A stretch of DNA of 64,000 nucleotides from Octopus vulgaris (taxonomy: Eukaryota). The translations under genes and the position numbers were made by a program. Below are positions 13,801 to 29,212 of the stretch, one piece after another. Numbering within the stretch: the stretch's first letter is position 1; each line of letters opens with the position of its first letter. The notes under the pieces were generated by a model. It saw nothing but the letters and a program-made list of their open reading frames with translations, searched no databases and was not told the DNA's origin. The stretch is taken from contig OX597830.1 of NCBI GenBank assembly GCA_951406725.2, positions 26,288,001 to 26,352,000 on the forward strand. The letters are read 5' to 3'.

Positions 13801-14527
13801 TATGAAGAAACAAAACAAAAATAAAGTACTAATGATGATTTATTCGACTAAATACTGCAGAACAGTGCTCCAGCATGGCTGCAGTCCATGAACTGAAATG
13901 AGAAAAGAAAAAAAGTAAAAGGATGAAAGAGAAGGAGGATCAAAGGAATTTTTCTGTAAAAAGAAACGAATACTATGTCCAAAGACAAGACTGATATTCG
14001 ATATCGCACTGCACTCAAATACCGTGAATTATTTTCCTGCTCTGTAAAACAATACACACACCACGTACTCCCACAGATCTCACGTAATTCACTCTTTGTA
14101 TTATGTATCAAGGCCTGCAACATATTAAAATAAGACAAAAAAGGCGCTCTTATAACTGGTTATCTGCTTTAGCCAATGAGCCATAATGTAATTCTTTCTG
14201 TTATATGGACTATGAATCTACCACAAACTCCAGCCAATGACAAGTTAACAGAAACCCTCTGCGTCTATTCAAACACACAAACACGTTCTACCCCAATACA
14301 TCTCTTTCCTCTCTTAACATCAGTCATTTGGTTTTCCCAAATTTTATAGCCTTTGTTTTTCAAGCTTAAGTTATTTTATTTTATTTTAGTTTTGACGGGT
14401 TTTTTTATGAGGGCGCATCTAGATTAAAAGAATACTCTGAGAGTCGATCAAAATGTTTTGTGGGTCTTTGTGCTCTGAGTTCAAATCCCATCCAAAATCA
14501 ACTTTGCCATTTATTATTCCTTTATTA

Positions 14528-15330
14528 GTCACAATGGGAAGTTCTGATTCAGCAGAAATAGCTGATTTGGTCGGTATATATATACTTAATGAAATGGCAG
14601 ACCAGTTCCCATGCATCAATGGGGGTCTATATCGTGATGATTGTTTACTCTACCTTCAAAATGTTTCTAACCACAAAGTACAAAAGGTTAAGAATAGTTT
14701 AGTTAAGTTTTTCCGTACAATGGGCTTAGGCATCGTTTTTGAGGATGATGTAACGAAAGCCAACTTTTTAGACATTACACTTAACCTACACAATAATTCG
14801 TACTTCCAATACCACAAACCATCAATCAATCTTAAGTGTATTAGCCAATCCAGTAATCATTCTAGAGCAATTACTAAGAATTTAGTTTAAAATATTTAAT
14901 TGAGATTGTCTAAGTTATCTTGTCTGTGTTACTGTTATTCTCCTTTTCCCGTCTTTTACTGTTTATATTTTGTACTGTCTTTACTATCCTGTTTTTGTTA
15001 ACATTTTACCCCACCGCAAAAAAATCTCAAATTTTATTTAATTTGCTTTTCGCGGGAAGGAACGTTTCACCGAAGTCGCGTCTCGCCTTCACCTTCGATA
15101 GCGGAGTAGATGAAACCATGGCGACTGAAGAAGGGGAATTTTCGTTGTGTTATATGTCCTGTACTCGTTGTTTGAGAAAAATGTCCAGTTCCTTGGTTTT
15201 GTGTTTATGTTTTCGTTTCTCATTGTGTTCGACGTATTTTTGGTGTCCTATACCCATATATGCATGTGTATATACATGTAGATGTAGGTACGTACATATA
15301 TGTATGTATATATGCATATGTTTTATTTAT
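14528..15330 (+). mobile_element. Penelope-like element fragment: RT core remnant joined to pLTR-like sequence
   Basis: VTMGSSDSAEIADLVGIY..GGLYRDD..NFLDITLNL..YHKP..SNH is a PLE-type RT. Stops follow at about 14890. The sequence at 14920-15330 resembles 31985-32450. Confidence 0.8.
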
Positions 15331-15337
15331 TAATTCG

Positions 15338-15404
<67 letters not shown>

Positions 15405-15896
15405 TAATCCAAACAAGAAAACACAGAAAAAAAGAGAAAAAATGAGAAAAAAACACAGCAACGCAGGACGTAGAACAATTAAAGTATTATTGACGCTTAT
15501 CGCAGGCGTGGCTGTGTGGTAAGTAGCCTGCTTACCAGCCACATGGTTCCGGGTTCATTACCACCGCGTGGTACCTTGGGCAAGTGTCTTCTGCTATAAC
15601 CTCGGGCCGACCAAAGCCTTGTAAATGGATTTGATAGACGGAAACTGAAAGAAGCCCGTATGTATGTATGTATGTGTATATGTTTGTGTCTGTGTTTGTC
15701 CCCCACCAACATCGCTTGACAACCTTGACAACCTTGATAACCTAGCAGTTCTGCAAAAGAAACCGATAGAATAAGTACTAGGCTTACAAAGAATAAGGCC
15801 TGTGGTCGATTTGCTCAACTAAAAGCGATGCTCCAGCAAGGCCGCAGTCAAATGGCTGAAACAAATAAAAGAGCAAAAAGAGTGAGTAAAGAGTAT

Positions 15897-15956
<60 letters not shown>

Positions 15957-16472
15957 GTGTATATATATGTGTGTGTGTGTGTGTGTATGTGTGTGTATTT
16001 ATATATATTTGTGGATGCTTTCCCGATTTACTCTCACTGCGTGGCATCTTAGTTAAGTTAGTTAATCTTGAGCAGATGTCTTCTACTGTAGTTTAAGGCC
16101 GACCAAAACCTTGTGAGTAGATTGGTAGACAGAAACTAAAAGATGTTCGGTATGTATGTATGTATGTATGTATGTATGTATGTATGTATGTAGGTAGGTA
16201 GGTAGGTAGGTAGGTATTTGTGTGTCTGTGTTTGTCTGCCCCCTCTACATCGCTTGACAACCGATGGTGGTGTGTTTACCCCCAGCGTAACCTAGCAGTT
16301 CTGCAAAAGAGACCGGTAGAATAAGTACTAAGCTAATCAAAAAATAAGTCATGGGGTCGATTTGTTCGACCAAAGGCGGTGTTCCAGCATGGCCGCAGTC
16401 AAATGACAGAAACAACAAAAATAATAAAACATATACATATATATATAGGCGCGCGTGTGCGCATGTGTATTT

Positions 16473-16534
<62 letters not shown>

Positions 16535-16766
16535 GCCTTTCGAAACACGAGTAGAATGCAATAAAACGATTTCTGTTCAATCTTCGTTCAACTCCATTTC
16601 TTCAATTCACTAATAATATTAAAATTCAATTATCCGCACCAACGCACGGTTGCAACACCATATGGTTGTACCTCCAACCGTGCTGTCTTCTGCTGTGATT
16701 TTTGCTACCAAGGTATCGGTTAAACTTTTGATTAATCTGCAACAAGTTTATTCATCTTTCTATTTC

Positions 16767-16859
<93 letters not shown>

Positions 16860-16986
16860 TATATATATGTAAAAAATGAAGTTCGAAAATGCTGCTATAT
16901 TATACAAATTTTTAATTTTTATATATACATTATAATATGTTTCGTTTTTACAAATATATACCTACTCGTATACGAGCTAATCCTAT

Positions 16987-17024
<38 letters not shown>

Positions 17025-17099
17025 CGCATACACTTACACACACATACACGCGTATATTAATCGACAATAACAATCTTAGAGGAGACACACAATAATACT

Positions 17100-17319
17100 T
17101 CGGTGCAAGTTTACCTGATAGGCACACCTGTGGCTGTCGTCCTCGTCGTCTTCATAGCAGTAGTAGGAAACTTGTAGAGTTACACGGGAGGAGTAGCATT
17201 AGGAGAGCTAAGAGAGTTAAGTTGCATACTGACACGGATAGGCAACGGAAATAGCCTTGTCAAGTTTACTTCGCGTATCTATCAGACCCAAAGTGAAGTC
17301 CTTATACTATTCACAAAAT
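17100..17319 (+). other. Candidate non-coding first exon (5' UTR) of the SLC3-like gene; start approximate
   Basis: Island of non-repetitive sequence ending in a strong donor AAAAT|GTAAGT (GT at 17320). The ATG exon has an acceptor, so an upstream exon is required. There is no transcript evidence. Confidence 0.3.
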
Positions 17320-18459
17320 GTAAGTTTGTGTCTAAGCGTATGTAGATATATATATATATATTTGTTTGTATCATGCATACATGTTTGTGTGCATGGATTA
17401 ATGCTTGAAAATCCGTATCCGTTTGACTGTATGTATGTATGTATGTATGTATGTATGTATGTATGTATGTATGTATGTATGTACACACACACAAACACAC
17501 ACACACACAATATATATATATATATGTATGTATGTATGTATATTTATTTATATTAAGGGCATTACAACACGTAAATGCCTCACGCTATTCTCTTAAAGTC
17601 AAAACTACCATAATAAATATCTATTATGAGTCCCTATTATGAGTTCCTAACAGCGTGAGGCGTTTACGTGTAGTAATGCCCTTAATATAAATAAATATAT
17701 ATATACATATACAGTTTTTAGAGTGCCCCCTTTTTAAAACCATACTTAAAAAAAGAATTTTTTCGTCACAAAAAAAAATAAGATTACAAAATAAAACAAA
17801 TTTGGGAGTTAAATGGTGTGGGGACGGACGGAAGTCTTTCCTTTTATTTTATTTTATCTTGGTATCACCTACAGCAATATTATTTGTGATTAATTCTTTT
17901 TAGAATCACAGAAGCTTATCATAAATCATTCTTTATTAAAGATTTCTTTTACGGTTTTTCTACTTCGTGTGCTCAGTGAAAAACGGTTACAAACAGACTA
18001 GCTTATCTTCTCGATCACAAATAGATACGTTTACAGCACAATACATTTCCACAAAATATAACAAAAGCTAACATGAGTAGTAGAACGATGTTACCCATGA
18101 GGATATATACCTCGCTGAACGAATAAAATTGACGATAGTCTAACCTACTTAGCGACGAGAGCTCATTACTCTAAAAGTTTAGTTTCAGTAATAAGCTAAC
18201 CTGTAGTCTATATATGTATATATATATACATATAAATTAGAAAAAAAACCCACCTTTTATCAATTCAATAATGAAATATTAAATTATACCATCTAGACAA
18301 TTACATATTATAGAAAGATTAAATATAAGATAAAACATATAACGATGATTAAGTAATGTGCAAAATAATAAATAAAACGTATATATTATATTTTGTGAAA
18401 TTTGATTTAGTAATTCTAAATTGAATCTTTCTCTGTAAGTTTGAAATAATATTCCCTCA

Positions 18460-18545
<86 letters not shown>

Positions 18546-18736
18546 CAGTAATATACAGTAATATATGTAAATCATATAAGTGATGAGTTTTCAAAATAAC
18601 TTGTAAAAATTACTTTGTATGATTATACATTAATCAAGTTATAAAAGCAGGTGCGTGTGTATAATATACATTCACTCATGCATATATATATACGTGTCTA
18701 TGATTTTGTATGCAAGTATGTATATATGTATGTATG

Positions 18737-18778
<42 letters not shown>

Positions 18779-19246
18779 TTTATTCAAAACAGAATTTTCT
18801 GCTGCTTTGAATAAAGCATATTACTCTACCACTGGTATTTGAGTACTCTTTTTTCCACCTTGTTTCACATTTATGCGTTTACTCCGGTATATATATATAT
18901 ATACACACACATACATACATACATACATACATACATACATACATACATACATACATACATACATGTGTGTTATATTACATACATATAAGAGGGATGACCA
19001 CAAAGTGGATATCCATAGGATAGAAGTAAATTTTCTTGAGAACATCCCTTTCTTAGTGGTAAGACAATAGGGTGGGTGGACTTCTAGCATACGGATATCC
19101 ACTTAGTGGTCATCCCTCTTATATGTATGCAATATAATTTTTCTGAATCTTCAGATTTTTCTATATGCTAGACCACAGGTTTTAAATTGATATTAATCAA
19201 ATTAATATTAAATTTTTCACCTTTATTATTTTAAATTTTATATGTG

Positions 19247-19284
<38 letters not shown>

Positions 19285-19370
19285 GCATGTCTATACTCTT
19301 GTAAAGTAGTGCGTGCATAATACGCATACACAGACACTCACACACAAACACACACACACGCACACACATG

Positions 19371-19418
<48 letters not shown>

Positions 19419-19514
19419 AGCATGCACACACACACACACACACACAGACAGTCTCACCCACAGTCACAAAAATATGTATACAGAGTGAACTGCTACATTA
19501 TATACATATGTGTG

Positions 19515-19558
<44 letters not shown>

Positions 19559-19684
19559 ATTACATACTACTATTACTATTTATTGTACTTTATTGATTTG
19601 AAATAAGTTTTTTTTTTATAGTATGTGTTTTCTATACGGTGTGAATAACATATTTATTGTATTGCTTAATAGTGGTTTTTCTCT

Positions 19685-19735
<51 letters not shown>

Positions 19736-19739
19736 TATA

Positions 19740-19825
<86 letters not shown>

Positions 19826-20002
19826 AAATAATTAAAGGGCGGGCAGCAGGCTGCCTCGCCGCATATCGGAGGAATTAGAAATGGCAGTCAAAGACTGTTT
19901 TTTCCATTTTCTATAAGTGGATTTTCCAAATACGACGAACCCTGCGATTCACATACGCAAAAAACGGAGTAGCAAATAAACGAAACCAATCTCTTACCGT
20001 TA

Positions 20003-20064
20003 ATGATGAACATGTTTCTAGATCACAAGCACGAAAATAGCTTGATTTCCTTTATCAACACCAT
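20003..20064 (-). ncRNA. Hammerhead motif, U3-A8 core, base of stem II degenerate
   Basis: Minus strand reads ATGGTG|TTGATAA|..CAAGC...GCTTG..|GAAA|cat GTT|CATCAT, with palindrome ACATGT. Confidence 0.5.
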
Positions 20065-20238
20065 ATTCGATATGATTTAGCAAATGCCACAGGCCCTCAC
20101 TTCTGACCAAGCGACATCAGATAGTGGGGGGAGGTGTGCATATGTTAAAACTAAGTAATGACTGAGAACGTAAAATAATTTGCCGGTAAATAATTGTTGG
20201 TTATATGAAAAACCACTGAAAAATTATTTACCATTTTT

Positions 20239-20275
<37 letters not shown>

Positions 20276-20579
20276 GTATATATATTGCATATATATAATG
20301 TAATATATTTGTATAATATATGTATATATATATATATATATATATAGGTATGTATGTGTGTGTGAATATATATATATATATATAATACATATATAATATA
20401 TACACATAATATATAGAATATATATATACACATTATATACACAATATATGTGTGTGTCTGTGTGTGTGTGTGTGTGTGTGCGTGAATGTATAATTTCTTC
20501 ATTTGCGAATGAAGACTGCCATTGGTTTTATGTTAAGTAACCAATAGTAACCTTAAATTCACAAATAAAGAAATTTTGT

Positions 20580-20857
20580 GCTCCAATGCGGTGTTGAGCA
20601 CCTATTTTCATCGTTCGACGGCTTTTTTTTTTTTTCAACAAATTTTATTCAACAAAAACAATATCAACATTTAACAAAAACATCTCTAAATGACGGTCTG
20701 GCCATCTGCCAAGCAAACGGGAAGCAGTGATTGAAGTAGATGGTGAATATGCTCCGGAATAATCATTTAAAGATGTTTTTGTTACATGTTTTTGTTTCAT
20801 TGTTTTTCTTGAATAAAATTTGTTGAAATAAGCCGCAATAATTATGCACCAACCCAA
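20580..20857 (+). mobile_element. Mariner 3' fragment
   Basis: Remnant LPSKREAVIEVDGEY of the transposase C-terminus and right TIR attatgcaccaacccaa followed by TA. Confidence 0.6.
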
Positions 20858-21149
20858 TATATAAAACATGCACTTGGATACGCACATATACATGCATACA
20901 TACACATAAACGGTTAAATGTGTTTTTCAAAGGGTTACTCACTGTCACTTTGCAATTGTAGTCATAACATGCATCAAATTGTTTTGTCTTATATACACAA
21001 TTATCGTATGTTTATTATGTACACACGCAAACGCGTGAATGTCTGTCCGTCACTGTCTGTCTGACCGTCTATATATCTTTCTGCTTCTCTTTTTGTCTGT
21101 CTGTTTCTCTTTTTGTCTGTCTCTCTCTCTATCTCCCATTTCTCTCTCC

Positions 21150-21196
<47 letters not shown>

Positions 21197-22929
21197 CTAT
21201 GGATATATGTGTGTGTGTGAGTAACTGTGTCTCAGGTAAGTAGTCGGCCAAAGACGATAATACAACAATTTACCTTTGTTGAGCCTCCCTCACCGCTTCG
21301 AATGAATTAACTACTAAGTATGGTAGCAATGGAAGTCAATGGCCTAGTGGTTAGAGCAGCGGGTTCGAATCTCGGACAGGGCGATGTGTGTGATTATGAG
21401 CAAAACACCTAATCTCCCCGCGACTCCAGCAGAAGGTAATGGCGAACTTCTGGTGACTCTTTCGCCACAACTTTCTTTCACTCTTTCCTCCTGCATCTAG
21501 TAGCTCACCTGCGATGGACCGGCGTCCCGTCCAGGTGGGGAACCCGTACGCCAATGAAGCCGGGAATCCGGCCCGTTATGGGCCAGGCATGGCTTGAAAA
21601 GGAACAAACAAGTACGGTAGCAAATAGGTGTATGAGAGAGAAGTTTGGAAATGAGATATTTCGACATAGTTATAAAACTAAAGGACAGTGTCTTCTACAT
21701 GAATATCAATGGCTGCACGATTATTGGTTCTACTCTTCGAAGAAGCACTAACTGGTGCTAAATAATTGTCTCTGATTTAAGCACGCGGCCAGCAATATTT
21801 TAAAGACTGTGGAAGTCGAGACAATCGACTCCTGTGCTTGGTAGGCATTTTATTTTATCAATCCACAAGGTTGAAAGGCGAAGTTGACATCGGCATGATT
21901 TGAACTCGGAAAGAACGATATATAATATTTCCCCCGACGCTCTCAACGATTCAGCCAGCATGCCTTGATTGCCCGTATAGATTTCAATGGATTACGTGGT
22001 GTGAGTCATTGTTGTTGCTATTGTTTAGCTGAAGACTAACAGTTTGGGTCTATAAGAAATGGGTCTTGCCGGCACATCGGTCTGAGATGCAGAAAACCAA
22101 GGAAAGGTCCATGAATATCTGATGTATAACCGATCCCGAAATAAAGACTCATGCTTCTTTCAGTTTTAAAAGGACTCGTCTCAAAGCTCCGAGAACATTG
22201 TTAGTCTGTCTTGAATATTTCCTTCGAAGTTCCTCTCAACAATTGTCCAACCAGCGGTGTAGCTTTGGTTTTGACACTCCTGTATTGTAGCTAAACTGCC
22301 CGCTAAACGCAACATAACATCGACTACAACTAACACATATATCAAGTGACTGCCCTCACCATGTTTTAAGGACCCCACGGTGCGCCATTGGATCCATCTG
22401 ACCAGGTATTCCCTTGTGACGAACGGTTATACACACAACCGCCCTCTATGTTAAAAAAAATATATTCTACGATATGTTCTTTTTATTGCCATGAATAAGT
22501 TATAATGTGAGTTGTAAACAATCAGGCACTTGTAGTTACTTGCTGATTAGGTGAGCACCACCTAGATTGGATCCATTATGGTGTGATTTACAGCAATCCT
22601 TCGGGTGGGTGTTACGTTCCAAAACCTCCCACAGATACTAAAATGGTATAAGTGCCTGTCGGCCGCAGGATTCCGCGATAAAAATTTACATATATTAGCC
22701 AGAAAAATCCGCGATTCACCGAGTGCGCGATAGGGGAACCACGATGTACTGTGTGCGTAATAGTTGAACCATAATGTGGTCAGGAATTACTGTAGTTGTA
22801 TCTATTCTTTTACTTGTTTCAGTGATTAGTCTGTGACCATGCTGGGGCACCACCCTCAACAGATTTAGTCAAATGAATCAACCATAGTACTTGTGGTTTT
22901 TAAAAGAGTGGTACTTATTATATACATGC

Positions 22930-22995
<66 letters not shown>

Positions 22996-23073
22996 CGGGC
23001 TTTCAGTTTCCATTTACCAAATGCACCTAAGGGTTTGATGCTATAGTAGAAGACAAATGTTTTTAATGAGACT

Positions 23074-23242
23074 AGGCGTAGGAGCAGTTGTGTGGTAAGT
23101 AGTTTGCTTACGAACCACATGGTTCCGGGTTCAGTCCCACTGCGTGGCACACTGGGCAAGTGTCTTCTACTATAGCCTCGGGCCAACCAAAGCCTTGTAA
23201 GTGGATTTTGGTAGACGGAAACTGAAAGAAGCCCGTCGCATG

Positions 23243-23277
<35 letters not shown>

Positions 23278-23510
23278 GGGGGTTGTATATGTTTGTGTGT
23301 CTGTGTTTGTCTCTCTAACATCACTTGACAACCGATGCCGGTGTGTTTAAGTTCCCGTAATTTAGCGGTTCGGCAAAAGAGACCGATAGAATAAGTACTA
23401 GGCTTACAAAGAATAAGTCCTGGGGTCGATTTGCTCGGCTAAAGGCGGTGCCCCAGCATGGCCACAGTCAAATGACTGAAACAAATAAAAGAGTAAAAAG
23501 AGTAAAAAGA
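23074..23510 (+). mobile_element. SINE family A, full length
   Basis: Aligns end to end with 13407-13800. Confidence 0.85.
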
Positions 23511-23981
23511 GAGACACCAAAGCAAAAATCCGAAGTAGCTCACCTTGTCAACTACTAATATTTTTCTTTCAAGATTTATTCACTGAAAAACACGTTCGTA
23601 TTATACTGTGAGGAAAACACAAACAGTCCTTGAATTCGTGTGACTCACTCGTAATGTAGGTCAGCGTTTTTGCTTTGTTCTTCGAGGAATGTTTAGAGCT
23701 ATAATTAAAGAATTTACATTATGACCATGGGACGTAAGACTGTCCATACCCATCATTCATATAGCATGAACGATTTTGTTATATACGAGCAGAAATATAT
23801 ATCATGTATGAATGTATTTATGTATGTATGAGCGGTAAGAAGCATGCCTCCCAACCACATGGGTCCGGGTTCAGTCCCACTGCATGGCACCTTGGGCAAG
23901 TATCTTCTGTTACTGGCTTGGGCCGATCAAAGCTTTGTGAGTGGATTTGGTAGATGGAAACTGAAAGAAGACCGTTGTATA

Positions 23982-24017
<36 letters not shown>

Positions 24018-24386
24018 TGTACGTATGTATGCATGTATATGTTGTGGGTGTTGACAACAGATGTTGGTGCGTTTATATCCCCGTAACTTAGCGGTTCGGC
24101 AAGAGAGCCCAATAGAATAAGTACTAGGCTCACAAAGAATAAGTCCTGGGGTCGATTTGCTCGACTAAAGGCGGTACTTCAACATGGCCGCAGTCTGACT
24201 GAAACAAGTAAAAGAGTAAGAAAGAGAATAAAAGGGTGTATACACACACATATGCACGCACACACGCAAGCACACACACACATACACACACACATACATA
24301 CACATAACTAAAAAACGTGTAGAAGATAAACATATGAATATAAATGTATATATACGTTTATAGATACGTTCATACATGCGCATATG

Positions 24387-24490
<104 letters not shown>

Positions 24491-25623
24491 AATAGAGAGA
24501 GAGAGAGTAAAAGAGAAAGAGAGAGACATTTGTCAGATGTAGGTATATTTAGTATGTCTATACATATATAAGTTACTGATCTGATATTAGTGAGATCAAC
24601 AAGAAAACAGTGTACTCCACCCATTGAAAGATAGATATATTTAATATACACCGTATTTAAATTCGTGTTACTATTAGTTTCATGCTGTGAAAACACGATA
24701 ATCTGACCAGCTTGTATAACGTATTGTGTTTCCAAGCAATCTTTCAGCCTCAAATATACATGGCAGATGTCTTTTGAAAAGAACGAGAAGGGACACTGGC
24801 TTTCAAGAAAACATGAGAAAGGTACAAGAAAATATAGAGACCCCTATCGGTCATGAATGACCATGGGATTGCACCTAGAATGTTACCCTCCGAGGCACAA
24901 GTCTGGGCAAGCTTGTTTATGGAAGACCAGCAATCGCCCATGCATACCAGCCTCCTCTCTCTACGCCACCGATGTTATCCAAGGGAAAGGCAAAGGCCGA
25001 TACAGCTTGGCACCTGTGACGTCGCAGTTCATTTATTAACGTGCAAGTGGCTGAGCACTCCACAGACATGTGTACCCTTAACGTAGTTCTCGGGGAGATT
25101 CAGCGTGACACAGAGTGTGACAAGGCTGGTCCTTTGAAATATAGGTACAACAGAAACAGGAAGAAAGAGTGAGAGAAAGTTGTGGTGAAGGAGTACACCA
25201 GAGTTCACCACCACCCTCTTCCGGAGCCTCGTGGAACTTTAGATGTTTTCGGTCAATAAACACTCAAAATGCCCGGTCTGGGAATCGAAACCGCGATCCT
25301 ACGACCTCGAATTCGCTGCCCTAACCACTGGTCCATTGCGCCTCCACAGAAGAAAATATGGAATGAATAAAAAGGAACAAAGTTAAGATTTGCGTCCTTT
25401 TGGCCCTTCCTTCATCTTGTTTTCACAAAGATCAGCGTCTTCCCTTATTTTCGAACACTAGCGTCCTTTCTTAATTTTAATTATCATTTTTTTTTTTTTC
25501 AATAGTGACCATTATTTCATTCTGAAATATTGCTTGAAAGCACACGAAACGCTATACAGGTTTATCAGATTATCGTGTTTTTGAGAAGCATGAACCTAAT
25601 AGCAGCTCGAATTTAACTCTTGT

Positions 25624-25668
<45 letters not shown>

Positions 25669-26105
25669 TTAAAAAAAAACCATATATGTATTACATATAT
25701 ATATGTGTGTGTGTGGTAAAATGCTTGTATCCCAACCACATACATCTGGTTACGTGTCATCTACTGTAGCTTCGGGCCGACCACACACATACACACACAC
25801 AAAGACACATATGGATATACACATCCATGCATAACAAACGCACGTACACACATAGTCACGCAAACCCATACATATAGACACACTCAAACATGCACACACA
25901 AGGAAACAGAGGTACCCACACAAATACACGCACACGCACATATACAAACACACAAACATGAACACGCAAACGCATGACAATGCAGAATACATACATACAA
26001 ACGTACACACACGCATATATATATACATATATGCATTCACACACATGTATACATGCATACATACATACACACACAGACCCATACATACATACATACATAC
26101 ATACA

Positions 26106-26136
<31 letters not shown>

Positions 26137-26550
26137 GTGTCTTTAAAGTTAGCATCATTATCGTTGTCAATACCATTAATGCTACCATTATTATCATTCA
26201 TATTATTATTAATAAAGCTTACATTAGAAATTAGTATGATGCTAACTTTAATGACACTTTAGAAATTAGTTTGAAGTAATATAATGTACTATTGACTGTG
26301 TATATTTGCATCTAGGTACTAATATGTGTATGTTTATTATCACAATATTAAGTTGGAAAACAGAAACATTGAATGTGGAACATATATATGTTTACTAATT
26401 TATATTATTTATTTACATCATTATGTATATGTATATTTTTATATGTATAGGAGTGTGAGTATATGCACTCATATGTATATGTATATGTTGTATTATGGGT
26501 ATGTACCCACACCCATGTGGGTATATATGTAGACTGATTTATATTACATA

Positions 26551-26677
26551 ATCTCCGAAGAAGCCTTATGATATTTTTGTAAATGTCTCATTTATATCTA
26601 TATATTGACCTACCATAAAAGGCTAATATTGGTAAAATGAGACATACTTATCTACATGGCCGAAACAGCTGTAAGAT
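26551..26677 (+). ncRNA. Hammerhead motif with extended stem II
   Basis: ATCT|CCGAAGA|agcc..atgtctcattt...aaatgagacat..ggcc|GAAA|cagct GTA|AGAT, with palindrome ACAGCTGT. Confidence 0.6.
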
Positions 26678-27081
26678 ATAATCTATACTTATATTTATAT
26701 TTACTTATATTTATATTCTCTTTTATATATATTCTACTTATTATACAACATTACTCTTTTATGTACATTCCTTTATGTACACTGATTTGTTCTGCTTTTT
26801 TATGTTTAACCCTACAGTCTCTTATGTGGTGGTTTAATAAAGTATGTGATTGAGTATTATCTGGTAATTGATATTTGATTTAGATGTATTTCTCTATTTT
26901 CTTATTTTGTATTAGTAATTTGTGGTAAATCATTTTACCTTTGCCCATATAATACAGTTAATGAATTGATTGCATCGCAATCATTAACATTTATGCATTA
27001 ACTTTGTTGGGTGCTTCACTAGCAGTATATTGGATATATGTTATCCCATGGAGGGTTGCATTTACAACCCCTATCTCAATT

Positions 27082-27141
<60 letters not shown>

Positions 27142-27247
27142 GTATGTATGTATGTATTTATAAGTATATACATACACATATGTATATGTGTATATATTTA
27201 TATATATATGTATATATATACATGTATATATATATACATATATATAT

Positions 27248-27301
<54 letters not shown>

Positions 27302-27551
27302 ATACATACATATATACATATATATATATGTGTGTGTATTATGCATACACGTATATATGCAATATATGTAAATTTGGTGTGTGTGTGTAAGCGCGCGCCG
27401 GCGTGCTGCATACAAGCAGACCTTTATATACAGAAAAAGAATCGTAAAGACAAAGAATAAGAGAAGTATGGAGTGAGAGAAAAAGAGATATTTAAGCAGT
27501 AAGATATATTAATCTATTGTTGATTTTTTTCTTTCCTTTTTTCGTAGAATA

Positions 27552-27930
27552 ATGGTTCAATCCAAGAAATATAACATAGGAGATGGTGTGTACACCATAC
27601 ATAGTACAGATAATTTAGTAGTAAACGGTGAAACCCCTCCTCAACCTCCGGCCGAAGACGAATTGGATGACTTCGAATTCATTGGGCTCAGTTTGGACGA
27701 AGTTCGAGAACGATGTGAAGAGAGAAAATGGCGTATGATGCGTAATGTGGTTCTTTTCGCAACGGTCATTTTGATTGCTGCTCTCCTAATCACTGCAGTT
27801 GCGTCAGCATTGAATCACCCGAGGTGTAGAGAGCAGCCTCACGTGAACTGGTTCGATGATGCAGTCTATTACAGGATCTATGTTCCGATGTTCCAAGATA
27901 GCGATTCAGATTGTGTTGGCGATATCAAAG
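27552..27930 (+). CDS. SLC3 heavy-chain (rBAT/4F2hc-like) gene, coding exon 1: cytoplasmic N-terminus, TM helix, Cys92, start of GH13-like domain
   Basis: Acceptor tttttcgtAG at 27546-47, ATG at 27552, donor GT at 27931 (phase 1). Translation GLSLDEV..KWRMMRNVVLFATVILIAALLITAVASALNHPRCREQPHVNWF..YYRIYVPMFQDSDSDCVGDIKG fits the SLC3 N-terminal/TM/PRC pattern and the GH13 beta1 region. Confidence 0.92.
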
Positions 27931-28131
27931 GTGCAAACTATTTCTTCTTTTCCAGTTTCCTTCATTTTTTAATGTTTTTTGTTTGTTGTTTGAAATTATT
28001 TTCTTATTTTCTGTTTTTGAAACAAAAGATTTTTCTTTTCATTTCATTTCTCCATTCATTTATGGTATATTTTCTTTCTGAGTAGTTTACTTGAAAAATT
28101 CTTTCGTTACTGAAATCCTATTTGAGTTTTA

Positions 28132-28676
28132 TTGGGTTGTCCGGAAAGTTCGTACCGATTTATCTTTCGACTTATTTTATAACATGGTTGAGTCCATAAA
28201 ATAGGATTTGACTACACCTCCATTTAGAGCACAGTTTAAGCTATCTTTTCGTGGAAGAAGGTTTATGTTCCTATAACCTGTGTTAATGCTGTAACCCTTT
28301 AAAATGGAAGATAAGAAAATTCATTTTCGGCTCTTGATGCTTTGGGAACCAGACAAAGATTGCTGCAGCTCGGCTGGGATGTGTTACCCCACCCTCCATA
28401 TTCACCAGATATTGCTCCTTCGGATTTCCACTCTGCAGAATAGTCCTAATGGTAAAAATTTTAATTCTTTGAATGACGTAAAAAGATAGCTTGATGAATT
28501 CTTTGCCATGAAACCACCTCAATTCTGGGAAGAGGGTATTTTCAAGTTAAAGGTAAGATGGAGACACATTGTGCAACAAAATGGTTCATATTTGGTTAAC
28601 TAAAATTGTAATAGCAAGTATTTATTGACCTTTTTCATTCCTTTAAAAATCGGCACGAACTTTCCGGACAACCCAA
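28132..28676 (+). mobile_element. Internally deleted mariner element
   Basis: ~30-bp TIRs ttgggttgtccggaaagttcgt..gattt, TA at both ends, transposase remnants MEDKKIHFR and WDVLPHPPYSPDIAPSDFH. Confidence 0.9.
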
Positions 28677-28716
28677 TACACACACACACGCATGCATACA
28701 TACATACATACATACA

Positions 28717-28805
<89 letters not shown>

Positions 28806-29045
28806 AAATTCAGTTGAATTAGGTACTTAAGTTGAAGCACCAAGTTAGTGCGGTATTAACCGTACATCTCCCAGTAAGGTGAATAAAGTCAAAATCAGCA
28901 ACAGGATATCAAGAGGTGATGCAGTACGACCTTTTCAAGCGACTCCATTTATGGTATATTTTCCTTCTGTTCTATTAGAAGATTTGAGTAAAATTATATT
29001 AATGTGTCCTACTGATTAAAAAAATTCTATTAATTTATTTATTTA

Positions 29046-29131
29046 TGCAGCTGAGTATAGCACTGCATTTAAATTGATGTAATGATTGCATTGTTCAATT
29101 AAATGGAACCGCTTGAAACGGTTGTACTGCA
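29046..29131 (+). ncRNA. Degenerate hammerhead motif inside the fold-back element at 28882-29166
   Basis: TGCAG|CTGAGTA|..aaattgatgtaa..cgctt|GAAA|cggtt GTA|CTGCA. G8 is mutated. Confidence 0.45.
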
Positions 29132-29158
29132 ACCACTTGATATCCTGTTGCTTATTTT

Positions 29159-29208
<50 letters not shown>

Positions 29209-29212
<4 letters not shown>

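Noticed and set aside
21180-21241. CAG|GTAAGT donor as an alternative first exon
   Set aside because: It is preceded mostly by simple repeats and has no other support.
27931-28085. Hydrophobic tails of ORFs 27552, 30933 and 37563 as additional TM helices
   Set aside because: They are read-through into T-rich intron sequence past clear donor sites.
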